Source of the DNA: a virus
IMG/VR virus record: IMGVR_UViG_3300045988_023147
Length of the DNA: 45,305 nt
Direction: 5' to 3' (one strand)
Shown: positions 32,982-42,246 of the stretch, in pieces
How the letters are laid out: each line of letters starts with the position of its first letter
Numbering within the stretch: the first letter of the stretch is position 1
Made by a program: the position numbers and the translations under genes
Notes under the pieces: model-generated
Seen by the model: the letters and a program-made list of their open reading frames with translations, nothing else
Told to the model about the DNA's origin: nothing
Database searches by the model: none

Positions 32982-33360
32982 GTGGATTCACCCCCGTCAT
33001 GTTAAATGATAATTCTGAAAGATATTTTCTATCATCGGATAATTCTCCGATTTTTATATCTTGTGATTTTGCTACGTAAAATGGATCATTTCTCCATTCA
33101 CCATGATAAATTGAAAAATGATGTAGTGTAAAATTATGTCCTTTTGCTATGATCCTAATAATTTTGGTTGCTTCGTTAATTGGAATATTTTTTCCAGTGT
33201 ATCCATATTGCTCAACCGTAAAAAGCGGAATAAACTTTCCGGCTCCATATTGTGTGCGCTTACTTCCAGATGAATACTGCGTTTCAAAGGAATATGCCAT
33301 ATCTTTTTCTGGCTGCCAGATGATTATGTTATTCATTTTTATTTTTTCTTTTTCAGCCAT
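32974..33360 (-). CDS. Distal-tail-protein-position gene (short, 128 aa)
   Basis: Immediately downstream of the tape measure and coupled to the tail-tip gene. Assigned by position only. Confidence 0.4.
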   Translation of the reverse strand: MAEKEKIKMNNIIIWQPEKDMAYSFETQYSSGSKRTQYGAGKFIPLFTVEQYGYTGKNIPINEATKIIRIIAKGHNFTLHHFSIYHGEWRNDPFYVAKSQDIKIGELSDDRKYLSELSFNMTGVNPLD

Positions 33361-33371
33361 AGCAATACTCC

Positions 33372-36206
33372 TTATATTAATTCAAGTGGGTTTCTTCCAC
33401 TTGTATCTCTTCGCTGTTTTGCTTCTTTAATAAATTCATCAAATAATACTCTACGATCTAGGATTACAGTTAGCCTTGTGTCTCCACCTCTTGAATTTCT
33501 TGCAAGTGCATCATTAATAATCTCCCGGATAAGTCCTTCAGGAGCCTCAAGGTTATTTCCCTGCTTCTGATCTCCAAGCATAGCCAAAAATTCAGATCTA
33601 GGTGGAATAACGGCACCTTTTGCAAGATATGGAATTGTGGACACACGAGGAAAGGTTGCCCTAAATCCAATTTTCTTCTTTCCAAAAGGAGTAGGAACTT
33701 CCCACGGTCCGAATGTAAACGCTGATTCAATTCCACCTATTGCACCATTTACAGTTCTTATGGCACCATTCGCAAGTCCTATAACTTTGTTCAAAACTTC
33801 TCGAATTGTATCTCGAATTCCATAAAATGCGTCTACGACCGTATTTTTCGCATCTACAAATTTATCTACGATAGCCGTCCTGATTTCTTCAACTTTGTTT
33901 GGCACAAAAGAAGATAAGTTTTCCCAAGCTTCTTGTGCGGTATTTTTTATACTCTGCCAGATTCCGTACATTTTATTTCTAGCATTTTCAAGAACAGAAA
34001 TAGCTTTTTCTTTCAATCCTGTGTATGCTAGTACAGCACCATCTCTTATTTTTCCAGCAAATTCTCCTGTCGTAGTTAATATCTTGTTCCATATTTTTTT
34101 TGCTTCATCCCTAAGAATTCCAAGGAATCTAATTCCTTTTTCCTTCAAATCCTTGAATTTTGCAACTGCACCCTCTGCCATAGCTTTTGTTTTATCAACA
34201 ACATAATCAGCTAATTTTCTTGCAGCTTTTTTTACGGTGTCCCAGTTTTTCCACAGTAATATTCCAGCAGCTATAACAGCAGCAATTGCAAGTGTCACCG
34301 GTCCTCCAAGCATAAGAACAATGGATTTCAATGCCGGAATTAATCCGCCCGCTCCTGTTATAAATCCTATAAGTCCCGATATACTTGTAGTTATTACTTT
34401 AATCAACAATGATATTCTTGTTGCCGCAAACGCTCCAACAAGAATTGCACCAAAAGCTTCTATTATAGGCTGATTTTCCGCAAAGAAATTTACCATAGTA
34501 GAAACCATGTTAATTATTGTTGGAATGCCTATTTCGATTACCCATTTAAGCATTGGAAGAACGATGTTCCTATAAATCCATTCCAGTACATTTCCAATGG
34601 ATTCTATAATTGGTGCAAGTGCAGTTGTAAGATTGCTGATAGATTCCAGCAACGGATAAAAGTCAAGATTCGCCGCCCATGTTGCTGTATCCGCTGCAAT
34701 CCTTTCGACAAACTGCATCACTGTCAGAAGTGCGTTCGCAATGTTTTGGATGATTTGTGTTCCAACATTATTCTTGCTCCAGGCATCTGCGAATCCTGAT
34801 GCAATATCCCCTATTGTTTTCAACACATTCTGGGCAATGCGCAGCATGGTTTCAAGCATCTTTGTGCCTGTGCCATTCGTCCAAACCTCAACAATGCTTT
34901 TTCCTACACTCTTAACAAGTGTTCCGAGACTAGAAAAAGCAAACTTTGCGGAATCAATGGTTTTCTTACCCTCTTTCTTCCATGCATCTCTAAATGGTTT
35001 CCAAAGCTTTTTGAGAAGGTCGGCAAGTTTTTTAGCAGATTCACTGATTTTATCCAATGCATTTTCTCCATCTGCTAAATTTCCATAATCTACACCTCCA
35101 ATGCTTTGTAATCCTGCTCCTGATGCGGTACCGCCAGATGGAGAAGAGGAAGTGCTTTCATCATCTGGAGAAACCTTATGGATTTCATCAAGAGTAGAAA
35201 GATAATCTTTTGATTCCTTCTTAGCCTTTTTTGTTTCTTTTGCAGTATCTTTGGTAGCATCAGCAAGTTTTTCAGCATTATCCGCTGCGTCTGCGTATCC
35301 ATCGGCGGTTTCCGCAATGTTAGCTCCAGCAATTCCGGCACTAGTTACACCAGTTGCTCCAGATGATTTTTTTCCAGTAATCAGCTCTGTAAAAGATTTA
35401 AAAGCATTTGCCAATGTTGCCAGTTTTCCAAGCAAGATGTTAATAGCTTTAATAACCGGAGTGAATATATTAATTAATCCCTGTCCGATTGTTGCTTTTA
35501 GAGATTGCATCTGTAACTGCATAACCCGCACCTGGTTGGCCCATGAATCAGATGTACGGATAAAGTCTCCAGATGCCGCAGACAACTTATCCTGCACGAA
35601 TTTAAGCCTGAGAGCTACTTTCTCTTGCTCTGTCATTGCAGATGTGGTCTTGCCGTATCCATTTGCAAGTGCATATTGATCAAGTGCTGACTGGGTTATT
35701 ACTACGCCGAGGTCTTTCAGTGTCTCAGTCTCTCCAGTAAATACGGATTTCAGCTTGATGTAAGCCAAGTCCTGACTGATATTATAAAATGATGCTACAT
35801 CACCAGTCAGCTGTGTCAGAGCTGTTGACATATCGTAAGCCTGTGCTTCTGAAAATCCGAACGACTTGGACATTGCTCCAAACGTACCAACATACTGTTT
35901 TGCCATAGTTTCAGACAGTCCGGCAGATGTCATAGCGTTTTTTGCAAATTCGTTTACCTTGTCCGACATGGTTGTAAATGTAACATCAACCACGTTCTGC
36001 ACTTCAGCAAGGTCAGACCCCAACTCAATGCATTCTTTACCAAACTGTACCAGTTTACCAACTGCAAATACGCTTCCGATAAGTATTCCTATTTTCTTTA
36101 CTGCGCTTCCAAGATTATTGAATGACTGCTTAATCCTTGATACGCCGTTATCAATTCCAGATGTATCAAGTTTGGTATCAATAATAATTGAACCATCAGC
36201 GGCCAT
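33372..36206 (-). CDS. Tape measure protein (944 aa)
   Basis: Length, helical/Ala-Gly-rich composition, central hydrophobic segments, position after the chaperone pair. Confidence 0.85.
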   Translation of the reverse strand: MAADGSIIIDTKLDTSGIDNGVSRIKQSFNNLGSAVKKIGILIGSVFAVGKLVQFGKECIELGSDLAEVQNVVDVTFTTMSDKVNEFAKNAMTSAGLSETMAKQYVGTFGAMSKSFGFSEAQAYDMSTALTQLTGDVASFYNISQDLAYIKLKSVFTGETETLKDLGVVITQSALDQYALANGYGKTTSAMTEQEKVALRLKFVQDKLSAASGDFIRTSDSWANQVRVMQLQMQSLKATIGQGLINIFTPVIKAINILLGKLATLANAFKSFTELITGKKSSGATGVTSAGIAGANIAETADGYADAADNAEKLADATKDTAKETKKAKKESKDYLSTLDEIHKVSPDDESTSSSPSGGTASGAGLQSIGGVDYGNLADGENALDKISESAKKLADLLKKLWKPFRDAWKKEGKKTIDSAKFAFSSLGTLVKSVGKSIVEVWTNGTGTKMLETMLRIAQNVLKTIGDIASGFADAWSKNNVGTQIIQNIANALLTVMQFVERIAADTATWAANLDFYPLLESISNLTTALAPIIESIGNVLEWIYRNIVLPMLKWVIEIGIPTIINMVSTMVNFFAENQPIIEAFGAILVGAFAATRISLLIKVITTSISGLIGFITGAGGLIPALKSIVLMLGGPVTLAIAAVIAAGILLWKNWDTVKKAARKLADYVVDKTKAMAEGAVAKFKDLKEKGIRFLGILRDEAKKIWNKILTTTGEFAGKIRDGAVLAYTGLKEKAISVLENARNKMYGIWQSIKNTAQEAWENLSSFVPNKVEEIRTAIVDKFVDAKNTVVDAFYGIRDTIREVLNKVIGLANGAIRTVNGAIGGIESAFTFGPWEVPTPFGKKKIGFRATFPRVSTIPYLAKGAVIPPRSEFLAMLGDQKQGNNLEAPEGLIREIINDALARNSRGGDTRLTVILDRRVLFDEFIKEAKQRRDTSGRNPLELI

Positions 36207-36222
36207 TTATTCCACCTCCTAA

Positions 36223-36795
36223 CTATTTGAGGTTCAACATCTCATTCAGCGCATCCTTGTACGCTTGCTCTTCTTCGCTGAGACGTGTTTTTATGTCAAT
36301 AATATTCTTGTTTTCCTGATAGAATTTCTTTTCCCATTTATCCAGGCGCTCACCCTTTGCTTTTTTTGACCGGATTCCAACAACCGTGTTGAACAGGCAT
36401 TCACCAGATTCCATGAAATATCCGAAGAACGTCCACCAGTGCATATAAGGTATCGCCCTGATTTCTTTGCCGGCAGCCTTATTCACGGCTGGAACAATCA
36501 TATCTCCATCCTGTTCCCAGTCCATCAAACGAGGTTTTGGCTTATTCGGATCATCGTCAGCTTGTCCACAATCGATAAACTCACAAGCTTTTTGACACGC
36601 TTCTGCAAGATGTTTCTCTGGTAAATCTTGCCAGTCTATATACAGAATTTTCAGCATAACAATAGCTTTTGCCTGTTCATCCAGCTCTGGATCGTTCTGA
36701 GCAATAAGTATATCAATAATCGCACGAAAATCTGTTCTAATAGAAAAATCCACCCCACTTATGTTCAGTGAGGTGGGAAGCTCATAGGCGGTCAT
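36223..36795 (-). CDS. Tail assembly chaperone-position protein (Gp15-like), 190 aa
   Basis: Second of two genes between the major tail gene and the tape measure. Own ATG with ATGA overlap. Confidence 0.45.
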   Translation of the reverse strand: MTAYELPTSLNISGVDFSIRTDFRAIIDILIAQNDPELDEQAKAIVMLKILYIDWQDLPEKHLAEACQKACEFIDCGQADDDPNKPKPRLMDWEQDGDMIVPAVNKAAGKEIRAIPYMHWWTFFGYFMESGECLFNTVVGIRSKKAKGERLDKWEKKFYQENKNIIDIKTRLSEEEQAYKDALNEMLNLK

Positions 36796-37217
36796 TTTTC
36801 ATATTTCTCCGTATACTTGTTAACTGCTGCCTGCATTTTCTTTTTTCTCTTTTCGATTTCCGGTGCGATTGCATCTGTGATCTTATCAAGTACGATATAG
36901 GCAAACACCTGACCATTGCCCAAAACAGTGGTCGCTGTCATTGGTTCTTTGAATAGATCTTTGGATGCTTCATATCCGAGCAGATAGTTAATTTTGTCTT
37001 CGATCTGTCTATTCAGCTCTGCCATCTCCTTACCGGATGTGACTTTCTGAATAGAATCTTTGAGCTGCTCGAAGTACTCTGCCAGTTCCTCTGCACGTGC
37101 CGCTACATTGATATCGGTCGGATTGAGCTTGAAAGAAGAAAAAACTTCATTTTTGTTGTTCGTAAATGTAAAAATGAGAATTCCATCATCAATTTTGGTG
37201 TTAATTATTCTTGCCAT
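36792..37217 (-). CDS. Tail assembly chaperone-position protein, 141 aa
   Basis: First gene after the major tail protein. Acidic C-terminus. Confidence 0.45.
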   Translation of the reverse strand: MARIINTKIDDGILIFTFTNNKNEVFSSFKLNPTDINVAARAEELAEYFEQLKDSIQKVTSGKEMAELNRQIEDKINYLLGYEASKDLFKEPMTATTVLGNGQVFAYIVLDKITDAIAPEIEKRKKKMQAAVNKYTEKYEK

Positions 37218-37237
37218 TTAGCATATCCTCCTTGGAA

Positions 37238-37741
37238 TTATTTTTCATCAGCTGTGAATGCTTTGGAAGAGATATCAAATTTTCCTTTTACTCGTTCACC
37301 AACGTAGTTCACGGCAAATGGGATCTGATAGCCTGATGTATCACCGCCGTAGGAGGTCGGCACGACATAGCAATCCTGTTGATATGCTTCGTATTTTCCT
37401 GTGGTTGCTTCCGTCCAAAGATGGACTTCAACTGCTTTTGTTTTGAGATTGTCGTCCTGGTAACGGTTGTCTACAATTTTCTGCAATGCTCCGAATAAAT
37501 CCGATGTGGTATCCGCATAGAATGGATCTGCATCAGAAGAAACCTCGTATCCGTTGTGCTTAAATGTGGATTCTCCAAGAATATTTTTAGAAGTTTCAGT
37601 ATCTGGATTAAGTTCTATATTGTACTCTTCCAGATCTTTTCCAAGACGTTCATATTTCGGTGTCAGTCCTCCACAAAGGGAACCCGCATCGATAAAATGA
37701 GCCATGTATTTACGATCAATCTTTCCTGTAACTGCTGCCAT
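37238..37741 (-). CDS. Major tail protein
   Basis: 167 aa, strong RBS after a long leader, immediately upstream of the chaperone/TMP block. Sequence pattern typical of Firmicutes siphophage tail tube proteins. Confidence 0.7.
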   Translation of the reverse strand: MAAVTGKIDRKYMAHFIDAGSLCGGLTPKYERLGKDLEEYNIELNPDTETSKNILGESTFKHNGYEVSSDADPFYADTTSDLFGALQKIVDNRYQDDNLKTKAVEVHLWTEATTGKYEAYQQDCYVVPTSYGGDTSGYQIPFAVNYVGERVKGKFDISSKAFTADEK

Positions 37742-37787
37742 AGAAATGTCCTTTCTGCCTATAACTCTTAAAAGGCTGTGTAGGTTA

Positions 37788-37812
37788 GCGACTATCTCCG
37801 ATTGATAGCCGG
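37788..37812. promoter_or_regulatory. Imperfect palindrome upstream of the major tail gene (related to 42213-42236)
   Basis: GCGACTATC-N7-GATAGCCGG. The single mismatch is a G-U in the minus-sense RNA. Confidence 0.4.
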
Positions 37813-37838
37813 TTAATTGTTATATTTAAGTGATGCAA

Positions 37839-38342
37839 TCACCATTTTTCCCAGTCATATTCGTATTTGACTGTGATCGGGAGCAACCAGTCCTGTACAC
37901 CGTTCTCCTGTGGCTCTGTACCGTAAGAATTATCCCTGGTGATTCGTTTTATCACTCGTCCTCTGGAAAGCTCTGGAAAAGCGGATAAGCGCGTCTCAGC
38001 GCCATCTACTGTGACTGGTTCACGGCAAATCCACTTTCCAAGGTTATCAAGGAACTTCTGAACAGAGAGCTTCTGTCGTTCTTTTTCGGAAGCGGTACGA
38101 TATACCACGATAAACGGATACTGGCACACCTGGTGCATCATTCCGCATACATCCTCTTTTTCTGAATAGATTAATGCTCCTGTATCCGCAAAGAATGAGA
38201 TACCGCTATCAGTTCCCAGTTCTTCGTATTTGATTGTTTCATTTTCATACAACCCAGGATACTGATTCAGAAGTGCTTTCATGGCTTCTGTTAGAATCTC
38301 GTATCCCTCTGCATCCTTTCCGATCGGTTTGTTATCCGCCAT
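37839..38342 (-). CDS. Head-tail joining / tail completion protein (167 aa)
   Basis: Position directly upstream of the major tail gene. Resembles the Minor_capsid_3-type proteins of Sfi11/A118-like phages. Confidence 0.45.
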   Translation of the reverse strand: MADNKPIGKDAEGYEILTEAMKALLNQYPGLYENETIKYEELGTDSGISFFADTGALIYSEKEDVCGMMHQVCQYPFIVVYRTASEKERQKLSVQKFLDNLGKWICREPVTVDGAETRLSAFPELSRGRVIKRITRDNSYGTEPQENGVQDWLLPITVKYEYDWEKW

Positions 38343-38350
38343 ATTGCATC

Positions 38351-38812
38351 CTACTTTCCTAATATTTCAAAATGTGGTATCAGTGTATACGGTCCGCCCA
38401 CACTGGTGATTTTAAATACATTGTCCTTGTTCTGGTTCATGTATTGATAAAATCCGCTCCGATAATCACTGTCAATTACCGTTCCGCCAGTCCATTCACC
38501 CTCCCAGAAGAATGATTCGTCCGAAAATGTGATAGTATCTTCCAGAGCGTTGTTAATCTGATGTTTCCACTCTTTAGGCGGCACATATGGGAGAATCTTG
38601 CCGTCTTTATCAGTAATGGTTATATCGCCGTTCTGGACGGTATATCGGATGTGCAACTGTGCGTTGTCAGTTGCATCTGGTCCGTACTTCTTGAGGATTG
38701 CTCCTTTGTCAGTAATGAGGTCAACGCCGGATAAAACATGAGGATACCAGTACGCATCTCCTGTCGTGGCTGATTCATAATAATCAAAAATCGTCACCGT
38801 TTTTTCGTACAT
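38351..38812 (-). CDS. Head-tail joining / head closure protein (153 aa)
   Basis: Position in the connector block. Resembles Minor_capsid_2-type proteins. Confidence 0.45.
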   Translation of the reverse strand: MYEKTVTIFDYYESATTGDAYWYPHVLSGVDLITDKGAILKKYGPDATDNAQLHIRYTVQNGDITITDKDGKILPYVPPKEWKHQINNALEDTITFSDESFFWEGEWTGGTVIDSDYRSGFYQYMNQNKDNVFKITSVGGPYTLIPHFEILGK

Positions 38813-38821
38813 GATACCCTC

Positions 38822-39463
38822 CTATCCTTCACATATTGCTTTTGAAAATCTATCAGAGAATGATTTTATTCGGACAATATTGCCTTTACACTCTTCCGGC
38901 ATTTTCCCGTAAAAGATAATGCTTTCTGGGTGCAACTTCTCAATCATGGCATTGTAACCAGAAAGAAACAGTTCCTTCTTTTTCTTTCCATTCATGCAAC
39001 CAACAGAAGATACTGCAACTGTTCCACCCTCTGGCTCCCCATCGAAACACCAATCGTAAGAATCCGGTGTACTCCATGAGATTGTTGGAATCACACGGCA
39101 ACCATATTCTTGCAGATATGCACCTATCCAGTGCTTGCGGTAATGGTTGTATATCTGGATAGCTTTAGGGAAGTCAGTGTAAGTGCTGAAATCTGGTGTT
39201 AGAATGTACCGGAACTTGCTCAGTTTATCCGCATATCTGTCTGGATTTCTACATAGTGCACCGAATTGGTAATCATCTAAGAAGAAATGAACAACTTTCT
39301 CTTCTGGATTACTGCATTTACCTCTGGCATAATTGAATCCGACAAACTCGAAGTTGCCCTCGAATAATTCCGGTTCTATCTGTGGTATACCGTATTCACC
39401 AACGCCGTTAAAAATGCGGCGGTTTAAGTTTTCGTAATCTATACTGGTTAATTTGTCTGCCAT
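38822..39463 (-). CDS. DUF4417-like protein (213 aa), function unknown
   Basis: VVHFFLDDYQFGAL, TPDFSTY, IQIYNHYRKHWIGAYLQEYG and VIPTISW resemble the conserved blocks I recall for DUF4417. Confidence 0.45.
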   Translation of the reverse strand: MADKLTSIDYENLNRRIFNGVGEYGIPQIEPELFEGNFEFVGFNYARGKCSNPEEKVVHFFLDDYQFGALCRNPDRYADKLSKFRYILTPDFSTYTDFPKAIQIYNHYRKHWIGAYLQEYGCRVIPTISWSTPDSYDWCFDGEPEGGTVAVSSVGCMNGKKKKELFLSGYNAMIEKLHPESIIFYGKMPEECKGNIVRIKSFSDRFSKAICEG

Positions 39464-39464
39464 A

Positions 39465-39839
39465 TTATAATTTCTTCCCCGTTTTCCAGTTGATTCCTCG
39501 TTTCTTCAATACTCTACGTGCCGCCTGAACTGATGGGTTATCTTCGTGGCCCCTTGCAGTCTTGATAAGCTTATCGTATTTCCCGGGGGCTTTTATCGTT
39601 CCTGCCGCTATTTTTGAATTGTATTCTTTTATAGCGGCGTTTCTTTTATTAGAATAATCATTTCTCGCTTTTTCAGCATCTTTTAGAAATTGCTTGTTCT
39701 GCCGAGACGTCATTCCGTGTGGGATTCGCATTTTATCAATCATGTAATCACTTATGGGAGAAGACAAACCACGTTCTCCCAAATATTCATCAAGAGATTG
39801 CGTTTTTATCATTCCGCTACTTCCACCACGTCCACCCAT
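39465..39839 (-). CDS. Basic Lys/Arg-rich protein (124 aa) starting MGGRGGSSG
   Basis: Coupled ORF. Gly-rich N-terminus and K/R-rich remainder. No recognisable domain. Confidence 0.5.
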   Translation of the reverse strand: MGGRGGSSGMIKTQSLDEYLGERGLSSPISDYMIDKMRIPHGMTSRQNKQFLKDAEKARNDYSNKRNAAIKEYNSKIAAGTIKAPGKYDKLIKTARGHEDNPSVQAARRVLKKRGINWKTGKKL

Positions 39840-39843
39840 AAAA

Positions 39844-40113
39844 TCACTCTTTCTGCACTGTCTGCTTAATAATCTGATTCACACCAGTAGCCGACAATCC
39901 GTTAAACATACCGACTGCAACCGCCGTGATATAATCCGTTGCCGGGAAATCCGGGATAATTCCCATCCCGACTGCTCCGAGAATTCCACCAATAACCGCC
40001 ATGATCACCGGAATCCATTCATCAGAGATTCTTTTTGATGCTTTGCAGCCCATTCCTACGATGTAGCAAATCATAACGATTGCTACACATGAGCCTAATG
40101 TTGAAATATCCAT
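39844..40113 (-). CDS. Holin-like membrane protein (89 aa; A118/LL-H-type pattern)
   Basis: SDEWIPVIMAVIGGILGAVG ... GMFNGLSATGVNQIIKQ parallels the Listeria A118-type holin pattern (KWLP..S.LIGAILGA ... GAGGTGLFEQF). 2-3 TM segments. Confidence 0.55.
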   Translation of the reverse strand: MDISTLGSCVAIVMICYIVGMGCKASKRISDEWIPVIMAVIGGILGAVGMGIIPDFPATDYITAVAVGMFNGLSATGVNQIIKQTVQKE

Positions 40114-40346
40114 TATTTATCACTCCTTAATGCCTGAATAGCACTCATAAAACTGGCAGTATTTTTAGCCATTTTCGAAATGTTTTCAGGCTTTTTAAGT
40201 TCTTCAATAGTTTCATGGAATGCCTGTTTTACTTCGGGGTTTTCTCTAAATATCTTTTTCATATTTTCTCTTGAGCACTCAAGACAAATATCTGTACTCC
40301 AATGTGGTTTGAGTTCTTTCCCGCATTGTCTGCATTTCATATTCAC
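40113..40346 (-). CDS. Zinc-ribbon protein (77 aa)
   Basis: CRQCGK ... CLECS pairs at the N-terminus. ATGA-type coupling on both sides. Confidence 0.55.
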   Translation of the reverse strand: MNMKCRQCGKELKPHWSTDICLECSRENMKKIFRENPEVKQAFHETIEELKKPENISKMAKNTASFMSAIQALRSDK

Positions 40347-40984
40347 ACCCCCGCATAAAAAACTGGTATTCCATCATCCGTCCTTACTCCCATCAGAAGC
40401 GGTAAAGCTGTCTTAAGAAGTAAGTCGTTCGTTTTCTGTACGTCCCCGGCAGCGGCATACACTGCACTCCATTCCTTTGCACTTGCTCCAATCTGCTGAG
40501 GCGTGGCGTAGGAAATGGATTCACTGCCAGAACTTATAGATGTTACGATTCCGGTGTTTTTATCACCAGAATCTTCCTTGATGTTTATCAATTGAACATT
40601 ACCACTTGCGTCTGATACAAGTTGAGCATTTACCTTGCTATTTTCTGCCGACACCCCTCTTACTAGCTGAATGTTTCCATCACCATCTGTCATTAAACCA
40701 TATTCACCAGGTCTGGTTGATACAGAGGATCCGTTCATGGTGGCGTATGAAGTTGCATTTTTTTCTGCAAGTTCCAGCTGATACATAAGTTCAGCCAATG
40801 AACAGACCGCCTTTTTGATACGCTTCTGTGAGCGTTCGTTTGTTGGCAGTCCGTCCACCAACCTATCAAACGTCATTGTGTCCACAAATTCACTGGCTCT
40901 TTCTGCCAGTCGTGGAAAGTCGGTTTCTGGCACAACTGAACCGAAATATGAAGTTGTGTAAAATTCATAATCTGCATAAGCCAT
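40343..40984 (-). CDS. Head-tail connector/adaptor (gp6-like)
   Basis: YADYEFYTTSYFGSVVPETDFPRLAERASEFVD N-terminus is typical of gp6-type adaptors. First gene after the capsid gene. Confidence 0.6.
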   Translation of the reverse strand: MAYADYEFYTTSYFGSVVPETDFPRLAERASEFVDTMTFDRLVDGLPTNERSQKRIKKAVCSLAELMYQLELAEKNATSYATMNGSSVSTRPGEYGLMTDGDGNIQLVRGVSAENSKVNAQLVSDASGNVQLINIKEDSGDKNTGIVTSISSGSESISYATPQQIGASAKEWSAVYAAAGDVQKTNDLLLKTALPLLMGVRTDDGIPVFYAGV

Positions 40985-41005
40985 GCCAGTTACCTCCTGC
41001 GATCA

Positions 41006-42169
41006 TCATTTTGCTGTTACAGTCGCATGCCCAGCACTAAGTGCCTTATAGGTGCTGTCACATTCAACCACTGTGATCACCTGTCCTGTTGCTGCGGTAA
41101 TGTCAGATTCGCCATCCCACGCGCTCCAGTTCTTCACATTCTGCCCGTAGTCTACGGCTGTCTCAGAAGATGCGACTTTGTACTTATATACATTTCCTGC
41201 GCTTACTTTTTCCGGAGTAACAGTCACTTTTGTATCTCCGCTCTTACTTCCTGCTGCAGAGTTTACGGTGAGGGTTCCAAGTGTCTGTGTTGTGTTGATG
41301 GTTCCAACGGCAATAGCGTCAATGTACTCTGCAAAAAGTGTAAGTCCCATGATTGCGAATGCTTCTGACACTGCTGTGTGGTAGTTGCCCTGTGTATGGA
41401 ATCCGATCAGATTTGTCTCTCCAGATACAGTGTATACAAGGCCTGCTCTTGCAAAGTCAGATTCATTCGGGTCTACATAGTACAAAACGATATTCTCAAC
41501 AGGTGTTGCGATAACTGTTCCTCTTGGAATTTCGCTGTCAGATAACAGGAAAATTGTATTAAATCCCAGGAAGTCTTTCATATACTGGAAGCCGAACTGG
41601 TTCTGAATAGTGATATCAGCTGCACCGATATACTCATACACATCCAGGATGTTCACAAATCCAACAACGCCAGTCACATTTCTGTGCATCTGCTTGAATT
41701 TGTTTTCTACCCGCCCTTTCGCCATTGCTAAAGCCATCTGGAAAGTAGTCTCAGTAAATGAGAGAGTACCTGTTTTCAGATATTTATAAAATCTTTCAGT
41801 TACGTTGGTCTGAAGCTGGAAAAGGAATTCGTCATCAGTCATCTGAACAGCGTTCTCATAACCGTGATCCTTGATTGCTTCGATAGATACAGCCTTTGCA
41901 TATTTCTCAATAGTCATCTCTGCATAAGGCTTTTCTTTTACAACGAATTTGCTGTAAGGGATTTCCTCACCCTCACCAACGTTTCCATTCTCTAATGTAC
42001 CTTCTGCATATTTGGATTTGAGAACTGCTCCAGGTGTCTTTTTGATTGGACGCATGATACCCAGGATTTCACGTAAGTGCTCCCAGTTTCTTTCGAATCT
42101 GGTGACGAAATCAATCTCACGCGCAGTCACCTGAATATCAGCAGATGTGATAAGTCTTTCTTTTGCCAT
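41006..42169 (-). CDS. Major capsid protein (HK97 fold) with C-terminal Ig-like domain
   Basis: ATG 42169 (GAAAGGA RBS). Follows the scaffold gene. C-terminal ~90 aa (TLTVNSAAGSKSGDTKVTVTPEKV...) looks Big_2/Ig-like. Confidence 0.8.
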   Translation of the reverse strand: MAKERLITSADIQVTAREIDFVTRFERNWEHLREILGIMRPIKKTPGAVLKSKYAEGTLENGNVGEGEEIPYSKFVVKEKPYAEMTIEKYAKAVSIEAIKDHGYENAVQMTDDEFLFQLQTNVTERFYKYLKTGTLSFTETTFQMALAMAKGRVENKFKQMHRNVTGVVGFVNILDVYEYIGAADITIQNQFGFQYMKDFLGFNTIFLLSDSEIPRGTVIATPVENIVLYYVDPNESDFARAGLVYTVSGETNLIGFHTQGNYHTAVSEAFAIMGLTLFAEYIDAIAVGTINTTQTLGTLTVNSAAGSKSGDTKVTVTPEKVSAGNVYKYKVASSETAVDYGQNVKNWSAWDGESDITAATGQVITVVECDSTYKALSAGHATVTAK

Positions 42170-42212
42170 TAAAAAATCCTTTCTACCCATAATTGTTAAG
42201 GTATTGGGTCAG

Positions 42213-42236
42213 CGGCTATACTCTGGTGTATAGTCG
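42213..42236. promoter_or_regulatory. Imperfect palindrome upstream of the major capsid gene (related to 37788-37812)
   Basis: CGGCTATAC-N6-GTATAGTCG followed by GTTA, as at the tail-gene copy. Confidence 0.4.
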
Positions 42237-42246
42237 GTTATAAAAA

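Noticed and set aside
36792-37217. Programmed -1 frameshift (G/GT-type) in the tail chaperone pair
   Set aside because: The downstream 190-aa ORF has its own ATG in an ATGA overlap, and I saw no slippery heptamer near the end of the first ORF.
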